NCBI GenBank assembly: GCA_048491795.1
Contig: JBGDGR010000003.1
Coordinates: forward strand, 13,439 to 77,438
Reading direction: 5' to 3'
DNA length: 64,000 nt
Origin: Coxiella endosymbiont of Haemaphysalis japonica
GTDB lineage: Bacteria > Pseudomonadota > Gammaproteobacteria > Coxiellales > Coxiellaceae
Shown piece after piece: positions 1 through 9,622 of the stretch (the first letter of the stretch is position 1; every line of letters begins with the position of its first letter). The notes under the pieces are model-generated. The model was not told where the DNA came from, searched no databases, and saw only the letters and a list, made by a program, of their open reading frames with translations. Position numbers and translations under genes: made by a program.

Positions 1-1635
1 GGTTGTATCTCGCACTAATTTCCCTGTTGTGGTTACTGAATTTAAAACCCCAATGACAATACAAATGGGAATGATATATCGGCCAGCACGAAATAAAAAG
101 TTTTTTAATCGCTGCCACATATGATTACACAAAGAATTTAATCGAGGTAGATGATAGGGCGGCAATTCCATCATCAGCGGGGCAGGCTTTCCAGGAAGGA
201 TCGTTCTTCGTAAGACTAAACCGGATAGAACAGCAATTACAATACCTATTAAATACAAAATAAAAATAATAGTAGCACCTCCTTTTGGAAAAAAGGCACT
301 AGAAAACGTGGTAAAAATAGCTAATCGCGCCCCACAAGACATAAAAGGCATCATCATGACCGTTAGCACCCGATCGCGCCGATTTTCCAATATGCGTGCT
401 CCGATCACTGCAGGCACATTACAGCCAAAACCAACAATCATTGGAACAAACGATTTCCCTGGCAATCCTAATGCTCGCATGAAACGGTCCATTAGAAAAG
501 CGGCTCGTGCCATGTAACCCGAATCTTCTAAGAAAGCGAGGAATAAAAACATTCCTCCAATAATAGGTGCAAATGTAACGGTAGTATTTATACCTTTTCC
601 AACTCCGCTGGCTAGGAGTGCAGTTACCCAAAAGGGGCAATGCCAAGACATTAACAAATGCATTAAACCATCGACAAAAATAGTGGTACTGCTAATGTCA
701 AAGAAATTTTGAAAAGCGCCGCTGATATTAATAGAAAATAAAAACATTAAATACATAACTCCAAAAAATATTGGGATGCCTAAAAATTGGTTTAATACAA
801 CAAGATCAATCCATTCTGTTACCGATTGTCGTGGCGTTCTGGTAAGTTGTGTTACTTGTCGTGCTATATGACTAACAAATATATAACGCGCATCAGCAAT
901 TAAAATATCGGGCTCCTCATTAAGTTTAGTTTTGATTAAATCAATTTCACGTTTGGCAAATTTCAAAGCAGATTCATCTACGATTTGTTTGACTAAACAA
1001 TCATCCTCCAATAAACGTAGTGCTAACCATGCTGTCAATGGACCGTCGTTAAAAGATATAACTTGTGTAAGCAAATGCACCGCTTTATTAATTTCGACTG
1101 GTAGAGGTAAGAAAAACTTAGAAGGGTTAGGACTTTTTTTTAATTTTAAAATAGCATCTTTTAATGAATCGATACCTTGATTTTGGCAAGCAACTAGACT
1201 AACTACGGGAGAACCTAACAATTTACTCAGCTGTTTGAGATCCAATTTTAAACCACGCTGCTTCATAACATCCATCATATTTACAGCTAAAATTAATTGG
1301 ATATTCATCTCCAATAATTGCAAAGTAAGATATAAATTGCGTTCAAGATTGTTGCCATCAATGACGTTAATAACCGCATCGGCTTCACCCGATAGCAAAT
1401 ATTGGCACGCAATTTTTTCATCAACCGCATCCGATGTTACGCTTGTCGAATACACTCCAGGTAAGTCTACTACTTGCACTCGAAAGCCCTGATGCTGAAA
1501 AAAACCGTATTTTTTATCGACAGTAACTCCCGACCAATTACCCACACGCTGACAGCTATCTGTCAACGCATTAAATACCGCAGTTTTCCCGCAATTCGGA
1601 TTTCCAGCTAAAACAATAGTAAAACCATTACTCAT
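1..1635 (-). CDS. feoB: Ferrous iron transporter FeoB (first 545 codons; continues past the window start)
   Basis: Absent from the ORF track because it runs off the edge. ATG at 1635 overlaps the feoA stop (ATGAGTAA). N-terminus reads MSNGFTIVLAGNPNCGKTAVFNALT (FeoB G-domain P-loop). I checked every in-frame triplet down to base 1 and found no stop. Confidence 0.9.
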   Translation of the reverse strand, partial: MSNGFTIVLAGNPNCGKTAVFNALTDSCQRVGNWSGVTVDKKYGFFQHQGFRVQVVDLPGVYSTSVTSDAVDEKIACQYLLSGEADAVINVIDGNNLERNLYLTLQLLEMNIQLILAVNMMDVMKQRGLKLDLKQLSKLLGSPVVSLVACQNQGIDSLKDAILKLKKSPNPSKFFLPLPVEINKAVHLLTQVISFNDGPLTAWLALRLLEDDCLVKQIVDESALKFAKREIDLIKTKLNEEPDILIADARYIFVSHIARQVTQLTRTPRQSVTEWIDLVVLNQFLGIPIFFGVMYLMFLFSINISGAFQNFFDISSTTIFVDGLMHLLMSWHCPFWVTALLASGVGKGINTTVTFAPIIGGMFLFLAFLEDSGYMARAAFLMDRFMRALGLPGKSFVPMIVGFGCNVPAVIGARILENRRDRVLTVMMMPFMSCGARLAIFTTFSSAFFPKGGATIIFILYLIGIVIAVLSGLVLRRTILPGKPAPLMMELPPYHLPRLNSLCNHMWQRLKNFLFRAGRYIIPICIVIGVLNSVTTTGKLVRDTT

Positions 1636-1870
1636 TATTCTCTACCCGCTCAATCTTTAATTGGATAACTTCATCTTTTCGGAGAGTAAGATAAAAATTT
1701 CGCACTTGTATTTGAATCGGATCCCCAAGCGGTGCCCGTCGAATCACTTGGAATTGAGTATTTGGTGTGAGACCCATAGCAAGTAATTTTCGCCGATAAG
1801 ACTTATTATCAGCGGGATGAAATCCACAAACTTTACCAATATCACCAGGATTTAAATCAGAAAAGGTCAA
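1628..1870 (-). CDS. feoA: FeoA family iron transport protein (80 aa, apparent TTG start)
   Basis: Small SH3-like FeoA-type sequence (NPGDIGKV...LLAMGLTPNTQFQVIRRAPLGDPIQIQV) directly upstream of and overlapping feoB. Confidence 0.85.
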   Translation of the reverse strand: MTFSDLNPGDIGKVCGFHPADNKSYRRKLLAMGLTPNTQFQVIRRAPLGDPIQIQVRNFYLTLRKDEVIQLKIERVENNE

Positions 1871-1947
1871 TGCCTTCGCTCCTACATGAGAATAAAATGC
1901 AATATTAAGGATTTGCTATTATCACCTATCCTTAGTAAATGTGTCAA

Positions 1948-1967
1948 GATAAATGAGAATAATTCTC
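1948..1967. promoter_or_regulatory. Fur-box-like sequence upstream of feoAB
   Basis: gataaatgagaataattctc. It matches the GATAATGATAATCATTATC consensus at 16/19 if one base is skipped. Lies about 80 nt upstream of the feoA start. Confidence 0.3.
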
Positions 1968-2095
1968 GTTAAACTCTAAGGACCCTTCTCTCTTCCTTTA
2001 AAGTGGGCTAGTTCTTCCAATCTACATTGTCTAACTACTTAAAAATAGTATTTTAATTTTAATTATCAATAGATTCATCAATAGATTAACTTATC

Positions 2096-2734
2096 TTAAG
2101 ACAACTCACGTATCAATGTTTCCCGCAGCTCAATCAGTTTTCCATGAAAAAAATGACTAGCTTCTTCGATTACTATAAAGCGGACTGTGATGGGAGATTG
2201 TCCCACAAAAGCTTTTACTTCCTCCAGAGGAACGAGTTCATCCTGAGTACCTACTACTACTAACCAAGGACAAACGATATTTGTAAACACTTTATAATTA
2301 TAATTATTTACAGCTGGCGCTATAGTAATGAGCCGACTAATATCTGTATCAGTATTCGCTACTTTAGCAGCTACATAGGAGCCAAAAGAAAATCCAGCTA
2401 ACCAAATTTCATCGTTCGGGCAAGCTTCTTCTTTAACCCATCTAAGAATTGCTTTTAAATCATCTGCTTCACCGGCAGCATTATCATAATGGCCTTCGCT
2501 TTTTCCCACACCACGAAAATTGAACCGCACCGTTTTTACACCCAATTGCTCAAATGCTTTGGCGGTGGTTATTACCACCTTATTATTCATCGTCCCACCG
2601 TATAGTGGATGCGGATGACAGATGATACCCATAACAGCTTTTTTTGCATATGAGGTCAGCGCAGTTATAACCTCGATCTTACCTGCAGGCCCATTTAGTA
2701 AAAATCTCTCATTTTTGCTCAAAAATAATTTCAT
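2096..2734 (-). CDS. Alpha/beta hydrolase (COG2945-like)
   Basis: 212 aa with HPHPLYGGTMNNKV, GxSxG elbow (GFSFGS) and C-terminal ASHFFHGK. ATG abuts the stop of the upstream ABC ATPase. Confidence 0.8.
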   Translation of the reverse strand: MKLFLSKNERFLLNGPAGKIEVITALTSYAKKAVMGIICHPHPLYGGTMNNKVVITTAKAFEQLGVKTVRFNFRGVGKSEGHYDNAAGEADDLKAILRWVKEEACPNDEIWLAGFSFGSYVAAKVANTDTDISRLITIAPAVNNYNYKVFTNIVCPWLVVVGTQDELVPLEEVKAFVGQSPITVRFIVIEEASHFFHGKLIELRETLIRELS

Positions 2735-4033
2735 TTAAGGATTCTCTAAACTTAGAATACCTGAGTTATAATCGTAAGCAAAAATTTCTGCATAGCGACC
2801 CCAGTCGATAACGGTAGTTAAAACTTCATCCGCTGCTTGTTCGCTGAGATAATTTTCAAGATTTTTCAAAAAGTGCTCTTCCGAAATTTCATGATCGGAA
2901 TTCTCATTTAGTTCTTGACGAATTTGACTTGCTATGGGGACATATTCAATTAAGTGCCTCGCAAATATTTTTTTACGTTCTAAAATATCCGCTTCTGCTA
3001 ACCAACGTCCCGCCGCTGTTAATTCAACGTCTCCCCCGGAGACATGAGCAAAATGTAGTATTTCAAGTACTTCTATAATGGGAAATAACTCATCAATTTC
3101 ATAATGCAACTCTTCTGTTAATTCGGGTAAATCTATTTTCTTTTGCTCATAAGAGGCCAAAGTTTCTATAAAGCCGATCATTTCAGAAATAGGCACTTGC
3201 GGCAACCGATAACCAATATCAATCGCCTTAAATTTAATCGCTTCCGGAATGGCTTCCACTACAGGTTTTGTCATTAATCCATAAATATTATCCACGATTT
3301 TACGAAATTTCGAATCTTGGTCGTTCCGAGGATGTGGCAAATCGACTTTCACTTCTGCACGAATAGTTCCCGGGTTAATTGAAAACACCAAAATGCGATC
3401 CGCTAAAAATGCGGCTTCCTCAATATTGTGGGTTACAATAATCACATTTTTAATGTTAGTTTTTCCAGAACGCCATATATCGATTAAATCACTACGTAAA
3501 TTTTCAGCAGTCAATACATCCAACGCTGAAAACGGCTCATCCATTAATAATACTTCGGGGTCTACAACCAACGCTCGTGCTAACCCTGCCCGTTGAGACA
3601 TCCCGCCGGATAACTCCTTCGGATAAGCTGATTCAAAACCATCAAGACCTACGATGTCGATAGCCTCAAGAGTACGAGTACGACGCTCTTCACGCAGAAC
3701 GCCCCTTGCCTCTAAACCTAACTCAACGTTTTCTAACACGGTAAGCCATGGCATCAATGCAAAATGTTGAAATACCATACTTAATCCAGGAACAGGTGCA
3801 ATAATTGGTTCGTCGTGATAAAGCACCACTCCCAATGAAGGCTTAATTAAGCCTGCAATAATTCTCAATAAGGTTGATTTTCCAGACCCTGATTTTCCTA
3901 AAATTGCAATGATCTCACCTTCATTTAAATTAAAATTTATACGGTCTAACACTAATAGATCTTGTAAGCCTTGTTTTTTAAACAATTTACTCACATTTCT
4001 AACTTCGATAATGGGACGATTGTTTTTTTTCAT
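2735..4033 (-). CDS. ABC transporter ATP-binding protein (NitT/TauT-like) with about 190 aa C-terminal extension
   Basis: Walker A GKSGSGKST, signature LSGGMSQR, Walker B LLMDEP. I place the start at MKKNNRPIIEVRNV (ATG 4033), 22 nt after the permease stop. The longer track ORF start at 4129 overlaps the permease. Confidence 0.85.
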   Translation of the reverse strand: MKKNNRPIIEVRNVSKLFKKQGLQDLLVLDRINFNLNEGEIIAILGKSGSGKSTLLRIIAGLIKPSLGVVLYHDEPIIAPVPGLSMVFQHFALMPWLTVLENVELGLEARGVLREERRTRTLEAIDIVGLDGFESAYPKELSGGMSQRAGLARALVVDPEVLLMDEPFSALDVLTAENLRSDLIDIWRSGKTNIKNVIIVTHNIEEAAFLADRILVFSINPGTIRAEVKVDLPHPRNDQDSKFRKIVDNIYGLMTKPVVEAIPEAIKFKAIDIGYRLPQVPISEMIGFIETLASYEQKKIDLPELTEELHYEIDELFPIIEVLEILHFAHVSGGDVELTAAGRWLAEADILERKKIFARHLIEYVPIASQIRQELNENSDHEISEEHFLKNLENYLSEQAADEVLTTVIDWGRYAEIFAYDYNSGILSLENP

Positions 4034-4055
4034 GATGCGCTCTACCTCTACCTGG

Positions 4056-5813
4056 TTATTTAACCTGAAAACGCTCTTCCGCCAAGCGATACAGCGGTCG
4101 CCACAGGCCGTGATTGAATGCCAACACATATGAAGAGATCAGCATAATCGCTAAAGCGAGACGAGGGAAATCGCCCTGTTGGGAAATCGATGCAATATAG
4201 GCACCCAATCCGGTTACATGCAAATGCGTACCCCCCCAGCTTACTGATTCAGCAATAATACTTGTGTTCCAGGCGCCACCTGCTGCCGTAATGGCGCCTG
4301 TGATGTAGTAAGGAAATATCCCTGGTAACATAAATCGTTTCGACCAAACCCATCCTTTAACGTTCAATGTACCGACAGCATGATGCAAGTTTTTAGGCAA
4401 GGCCGTCGCTCCAGCAATAACGTTAAACAAAATGTACCATTGCGCGCCTAAAACCATCAGAGGTGAAGTCCAAATATTTACATTCAAAGAAAATCGGATA
4501 ATAAGAATCACCACAATGGGAAATAATAAATTAGCAGGAAATGCCGCTAAAAACTGCACAAGGGGCTGGACTATCCGAGAAACATTAGGTCGTAAGCCAA
4601 CCCAAACGCCGATTGGCACCCAAATGAGTGAACTGAGAATAAGCAAAACAGTAATACGTAATCCTGTTACAAAACCCAAATAAAAAACATGAAATACCTC
4701 AGACCAACTCACTTCCGCTAAAATAAAACGCATTAATAGAAAAAAAGAGGTTGCTAGAGCTAAAATTAAAAGCGCATTCCAACTCACAGTGAAAAATCGA
4801 CGCAATAAATATCTATATTCAGCCGATTTTCTGGGAGGTTGATAACGAAACAGTTGGCAATTAACGATAGCATTTCCTAATAAAGAGAAATACTCTCCGA
4901 TAAAATGTAAAAACCGCGTACGCTGAAATAAATTCAATACCCACGATTGGGCTTCATTTTCTCCCACACTCACTTCAGCATTGAATTTTTCTGTCCAAGC
5001 AACAAGTGGACGAAATAACAATTGATCATATAATGCGATCATGATAATCATCGTGACAATCACATAAACCACGGCCATTGTATTTGCTTGTTCAATGGCC
5101 ACTCCGATGTAAGACCCAATACCTGGCAACATGATGTTGTGCCCTGCTACCTTAATAGTTTCTGAAGCTACTAAAAAAATCCAACTGCCAGACATAGACA
5201 TCATGGTATTCCATAGCAAGCCTGGCATGGCAAACGGAACTTCCACTCGCCAAAAGCGTTGCCATGCAGATAATTGCAACATTGTGGCAGCTTCTTGCAA
5301 ATCATTTGGCACAGTTCGAAGACTTTGATAAAAGCTTAATGCCATATTCCATGCCTGTGCTGTAAAGATCGCAAATAATGCTGCACACTCAGGACCTAAC
5401 AAGCTACCGCGAAATAGTGCGACAAAAGCAGTTACTGTGATTGTTAAAAATCCAAGCACAGGCACCGATTGCAAAATATCAATCATAGGAATGATGATGC
5501 GTTCGGCATGGTGACTTTTAGCAGCCCATGTACCAAAAGTAAATGTGAATAATAGTGAAAAAAACATTGCAATCAGCATGCGCAACACCGTGCGTAACGC
5601 GTAATATGGTAGCATGGTTGGATCTAATGAAATAGGTAGAGGTTGCCCTACATCAAACCTTACCATCATCGCATTAGCACCATAACCTAATAAAACAAGA
5701 ATGGCTAAAACCAATAAGAGAGCGACTACATCTGAATAATTCGGGATTGGCCATGAAACGACTTCATTTTTTGCATACGTTTTTTTTTGAAATAACAGCA
5801 CGTCCCGCCCCAC
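4056..5813 (-). CDS. ABC transporter permease, apparently duplicated/fused (585 aa, GTG start)
   Basis: Long polytopic hydrophobic protein, about twice the size of a single NitT/TauT-type permease. Immediately upstream of the ATPase. Confidence 0.8.
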   Translation of the reverse strand: MGRDVLLFQKKTYAKNEVVSWPIPNYSDVVALLLVLAILVLLGYGANAMMVRFDVGQPLPISLDPTMLPYYALRTVLRMLIAMFFSLLFTFTFGTWAAKSHHAERIIIPMIDILQSVPVLGFLTITVTAFVALFRGSLLGPECAALFAIFTAQAWNMALSFYQSLRTVPNDLQEAATMLQLSAWQRFWRVEVPFAMPGLLWNTMMSMSGSWIFLVASETIKVAGHNIMLPGIGSYIGVAIEQANTMAVVYVIVTMIIMIALYDQLLFRPLVAWTEKFNAEVSVGENEAQSWVLNLFQRTRFLHFIGEYFSLLGNAIVNCQLFRYQPPRKSAEYRYLLRRFFTVSWNALLILALATSFFLLMRFILAEVSWSEVFHVFYLGFVTGLRITVLLILSSLIWVPIGVWVGLRPNVSRIVQPLVQFLAAFPANLLFPIVVILIIRFSLNVNIWTSPLMVLGAQWYILFNVIAGATALPKNLHHAVGTLNVKGWVWSKRFMLPGIFPYYITGAITAAGGAWNTSIIAESVSWGGTHLHVTGLGAYIASISQQGDFPRLALAIMLISSYVLAFNHGLWRPLYRLAEERFQVK

Positions 5814-6124
5814 TTTATATTATGAAGAAATTTTAGTGGCATCACTTGAAGTTAGGAATACCACGCACAAAATAGATTAAGACTTGATATTTCCACTATA
5901 CTGCCATTGTTCGTTAACTCTGTACCACCATAACACGCTCAAAAATCAAAAAACTCAAGGTAGAGGGTCTAGCAATTATCGTCAGTCCTAGACTAAGGAC
6001 TACTTGGAGGTTTTAGTTAGATGTAATATAGCACGGCTCATCTCAATATAAAGAGGTGGGCCATTTACTGCAGGGACTTTACAGAGGTTTTTCAAAAAGG
6101 CAATCTTTTAGTCAATTTTCAATT

Positions 6125-6739
6125 TTATCGATACCAATGATACCAACTATCCAATACTGATCTGATTTCATCCAGACGAGTGCGATCATGAGAAGAAAAT
6201 AATTGAACGGATATCTTATCGCTGTAAGTGTTCAGCCGGGCTTGTACTTCGCTAAAAACTTTTTTTGCTGCGCTTTGGCCAAGTTTGTCTGATTTCGTGA
6301 GAAGTACATGAAGTGAAATATTATACTTCGTTGCCCATTTAATCACATCTTCATCCATTTTTTTTAATGGATGCCGTATATCCATGACTACTACTAATCC
6401 CTTTAAGCAAAGCCGTTTTTTTAAATAGCTGTTAACTAACTCCTCCAAACGCTCCTTAACCATACGGGGGACTTTAGCATAGCCGTAGCCCGGCAAGTCC
6501 ACCAAACGTTCCCTCTCATTTAAAGCGAAAAAATTAATCATTTGCGTTCGACCGGGCGTCTTGCTGGTACGCGCTAATCCTTTAATACCTATGATTACAT
6601 TTAGCGCGCTGGATTTACCAGCATTGGACCGGCCAATGAAAGCAACTTCAGCTCCCTCATCCGGTGGTAGGTCGCTAAATTTAAAAGCACTGATAAGGTA
6701 TTTTGCCTCTTGATAGATAGGGGGCACAAATTCGGTCAT
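6125..6739 (-). CDS. engB: Ribosome biogenesis GTP-binding protein YihA/EngB
   Basis: 204 aa; G1 [22 protein letters not shown] motifs typical of EngB. Confidence 0.9.
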   Translation of the reverse strand: MTEFVPPIYQEAKYLISAFKFSDLPPDEGAEVAFIGRSNAGKSSALNVIIGIKGLARTSKTPGRTQMINFFALNERERLVDLPGYGYAKVPRMVKERLEELVNSYLKKRLCLKGLVVVMDIRHPLKKMDEDVIKWATKYNISLHVLLTKSDKLGQSAAKKVFSEVQARLNTYSDKISVQLFSSHDRTRLDEIRSVLDSWYHWYR

Positions 6740-6986
6740 AAGCTTAATTTAATGCCTCTAATTCCAAGGAAACAAAGTACGACATCATTCTTTGTGATAG
6801 AATACGAAACTTACCCGAATCCCGCCTGAAAACTTGAGAACATACCTTGCGCAAAGTAAGAGCTTTGATAAAATCGGAATACGTCAGCCATATTTAACTA
6901 TTTTTGGTATTTTTTCTGTAAGGATAGACGAGTGTCGCCCCCCAGGTTACAGGCCCATTCGACTTGTCGATTATTCATTTTAACAT

Positions 6987-7005
6987 TAGAAGCATTATCA
7001 TTATC
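6987..7005. promoter_or_regulatory. Orphan Fur-box-like sequence in ORF-free DNA
   Basis: The reverse complement reads GATAATGATAATgcttcta. The first 12 nt match the Fur consensus perfectly, about 15/19 overall. No intact gene is adjacent. Confidence 0.2.
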
Positions 7006-8321
7006 GTTCCTCTTTCTTATCTCATTGTCTAAAATACCTATTAACTTCCCCTCAATTTTAGAATCTCATCTTTTTCAGTCAATGTAATCAAATTCGTAAT
7101 ATCTTTAGTGGTCGTGTTATCCTAGAAATAATGATCGCTCAAAAAAGCTTATTATTACTTGTACCGAAAATTTCAAGAACAATTGCTAACATTAGTAAAT
7201 ATTTACGTAGAAGGGGGCGTAACTAACACTAAATCCCAAAATTATCTAATTCTCTTGGAGAAACCATGTTCCGATGAGCCGTACGATAATGGATATTCGG
7301 TTAAAAGTAAACATCATTCATACCCTTACAGTAACCGATTGCTTATAACTCTTTCTAATTCTAAATCAAGAGTTTTTAGCGTCATCCACGGAATTGGATA
7401 TTATATACTAAAGCAATAAAAAGTGTGATATCAGACTGACTGGTTCGTTATTTGTACCTAAGCGAAAATATCAATATCACCATGTTTACCGGGATTTAAG
7501 TAATGATCAGGGTCCTGGATTGAAAGGGAGTCGCTTCACCAGCTATCACCCTCCTAATCTTTGGGACATAGGTCGGTTTTGATTTTTAATAAGTTAAGTG
7601 CCTCAATTCCTTGTAATGGCTGGTACGATTATTAAAGAGTACCCGCTTTCCCATTAATAAAATCATTATTGGTTTAAAAGGATTAATTATGTACTGTATT
7701 GGCTCCTGAGTCCTCTAGAATCAAAGTGTTAATAGAAATTATACACACTAATACTTCTCCATTCCTGAATTAAGGGCCGTAAAAGTGTACTAATTGAGAG
7801 ACAGAAATATTCAGCAATAGAAACGACTCAAACGGTAAATTAATCGCCTGATTCACTACCTAGCTGCGCATGCAACATTCCACCATACTCTTTGGACTTC
7901 TGCCATAGCAGGAATCATTTTTGTCCTCCCATAAAGATAGCTGTTCTCCCTTAAACCTGTATCAATTATAAAATTTTCCTGTTTATTGAGAAATTTTTTG
8001 AATAGAATAGGTAGAAATATCAGTCCCTTATAAACACTTTATTTTCAGAGATTTTTTAGTTTTTGGACAAGTTCATTATGAAGGGCAGGAACAGCAATAA
8101 ATGGATTTCCATATGCGATGGTGCTAAAAAGGCAAGAATCTGTATTAAAAACCCAATGAAAAATAACTATTTCATTAAATCATCAAATCGTCCTGCCCTT
8201 CCCAAAAAATTAAAAAGTAGCAGCGTATATTGTTCTTGCAAAATATCTTTTACCCAAACTGAAAGTGACACTATCACATGGTCAAGAGCAATGCAAACCA
8301 TTTTATAACAAAACCCCCCTG

Positions 8322-8508
8322 GTTACATTCCTCTGCGCTCAGTGGTTTTTTTCGTTCTATGGGCCTAGGGACTTTTCCTATGAACTTGATGAAAACATAT
8401 CTTCTTGAGTTTTATACGTCACGAATCGAACTCATGCTCGCATAATTGGTACTGTGCTACTTGCATATCTCTCGTCGTTAAAACCACTGAGCGCAGAGGA
8501 ATGTAACC
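8322..8508. repeat. Perfect 29-bp inverted repeat flanking a 129-bp spacer (MITE-like or REP-like element, or long-stem RNA)
   Basis: 8322-8350 ggttacattcctctgcgctcagtggtttt is the exact reverse complement of 8480-8508 aaaaccactgagcgcagaggaatgtaacc. Lies 27 nt downstream of the fba stop. Confidence 0.9.
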
Positions 8509-8534
8509 GAGAACTCCTACTCCCAGAAAACAGT

Positions 8535-9605
8535 TTACCCTTCCTGAATTCGCGGCTCCAATTCCCCATTTTTATAGCGCCTTGTCATACTTTCAAGTGA
8601 AATTATTCTGATTTTATCGGCTTGTCCTACAGTGCAAAACGCTTCATAGCGCATTTTGCATATGGTTTTCATCGCTTTAAGTGCTTCACCTAAGTATCTT
8701 CGTGGATCGAATTGAGAAGGGTTTTGAGCAAGGTAACGACGAATAGCCCCAGTAGAAGCTAATCTCAAATCAGTATCGATATTGATTTTTCGAACTCCAT
8801 AGCGAATACTTTCTTGGATTTCTTCAACAGGTACGCCGTAAGTTTCAGGAATCTCACCCCCATACTCATTAATTACCTTAAGCCATTCTTGAGGTACTGA
8901 TGAAGAGCCATGAATTACCAAATGAGTATTGGGTAGTCGTTCATGGATAGCTTTAATTCTATTAATTACTAGCACTTCCCCAGTGGGGGGCTTCGAGAAT
9001 TTATAAGCACCATGACTTGTGCCAATAGCAATAGCCAACGCATCTACTTTTGTTTTTCTAATAAAATCAGCAGCTTGATCTGGGTCTGTTAGCATCTGCT
9101 CTCGTGATAATTTCCCTTTAGCACCCGAGCCATCCTCTTCGCTGGCCCTCAGAGTTTCTAGCGAACCCAAGCAGCCAAGCTCACCTTCCACTGAAACACC
9201 ACAAGCATGAGCCATCTGTGTGGTTAATGCTGTTATAGAGACATTGTATTTATAATTGGACGGTGTTTTTTGATCTTCAAGAAGAGAAGCATCCATCATC
9301 ACAGACGTGAAGCCCATTTGAATAGACTGTTGACATACTTCTGGTGAGGCACCGTGATCTTGATGCATACAAATGGGAATATGTGGCCACTCTTCTGTTG
9401 CCGCGAGAATGAGCGCACGAATAAAGTGAGGACCAGCATATTGGCGGGCACCAGCCGAGCTCTGAACGATAACAGGGCTTCGCGTTTCATCAGCTGCTTC
9501 CATAATTGCACGCACTTGCTCTAAGTTATTAACATTAAAAGCGGGAACACCATACCCATGCTCGGCAGCATGATCTAGTAATTGTCGCAATGTAATTAGG
9601 GCCAT
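8535..9605 (-). CDS. fba: Class II fructose-bisphosphate aldolase
   Basis: 356 aa; [28 protein letters not shown]-terminus and HQDHG, typical class II (CbbA-like) FBA. Confidence 0.93.
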   Translation of the reverse strand: MALITLRQLLDHAAEHGYGVPAFNVNNLEQVRAIMEAADETRSPVIVQSSAGARQYAGPHFIRALILAATEEWPHIPICMHQDHGASPEVCQQSIQMGFTSVMMDASLLEDQKTPSNYKYNVSITALTTQMAHACGVSVEGELGCLGSLETLRASEEDGSGAKGKLSREQMLTDPDQAADFIRKTKVDALAIAIGTSHGAYKFSKPPTGEVLVINRIKAIHERLPNTHLVIHGSSSVPQEWLKVINEYGGEIPETYGVPVEEIQESIRYGVRKINIDTDLRLASTGAIRRYLAQNPSQFDPRRYLGEALKAMKTICKMRYEAFCTVGQADKIRIISLESMTRRYKNGELEPRIQEG

Positions 9606-9622
9606 AGAATCTCCTAAGTTTT

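Noticed and set aside
6938-6951. 14-mer cccccc[a/t]ggttaca shared with the left edge of the inverted-repeat element (8315-8328).
   Set aside because: The match is only 13/14 over 14 nt with no extended similarity on either side. It may be chance. It is mentioned in a finding but not called as a repeat family.
7159-8308. ORFs 7159-7419 (86 aa) and 8063-8308 (81 aa) in the eroded engB-fba spacer.
   Set aside because: No RBS, no recognisable motifs, and Lys/Asn/Ser-rich composition as expected from random AT-rich DNA.
8422-8433. tRNA T-arm-like string (reverse complement GAGTTCGATTCG) inside the inverted-repeat element.
   Set aside because: The flanking bases cannot form a T stem, acceptor stem or anticodon arm, so there is no cloverleaf.
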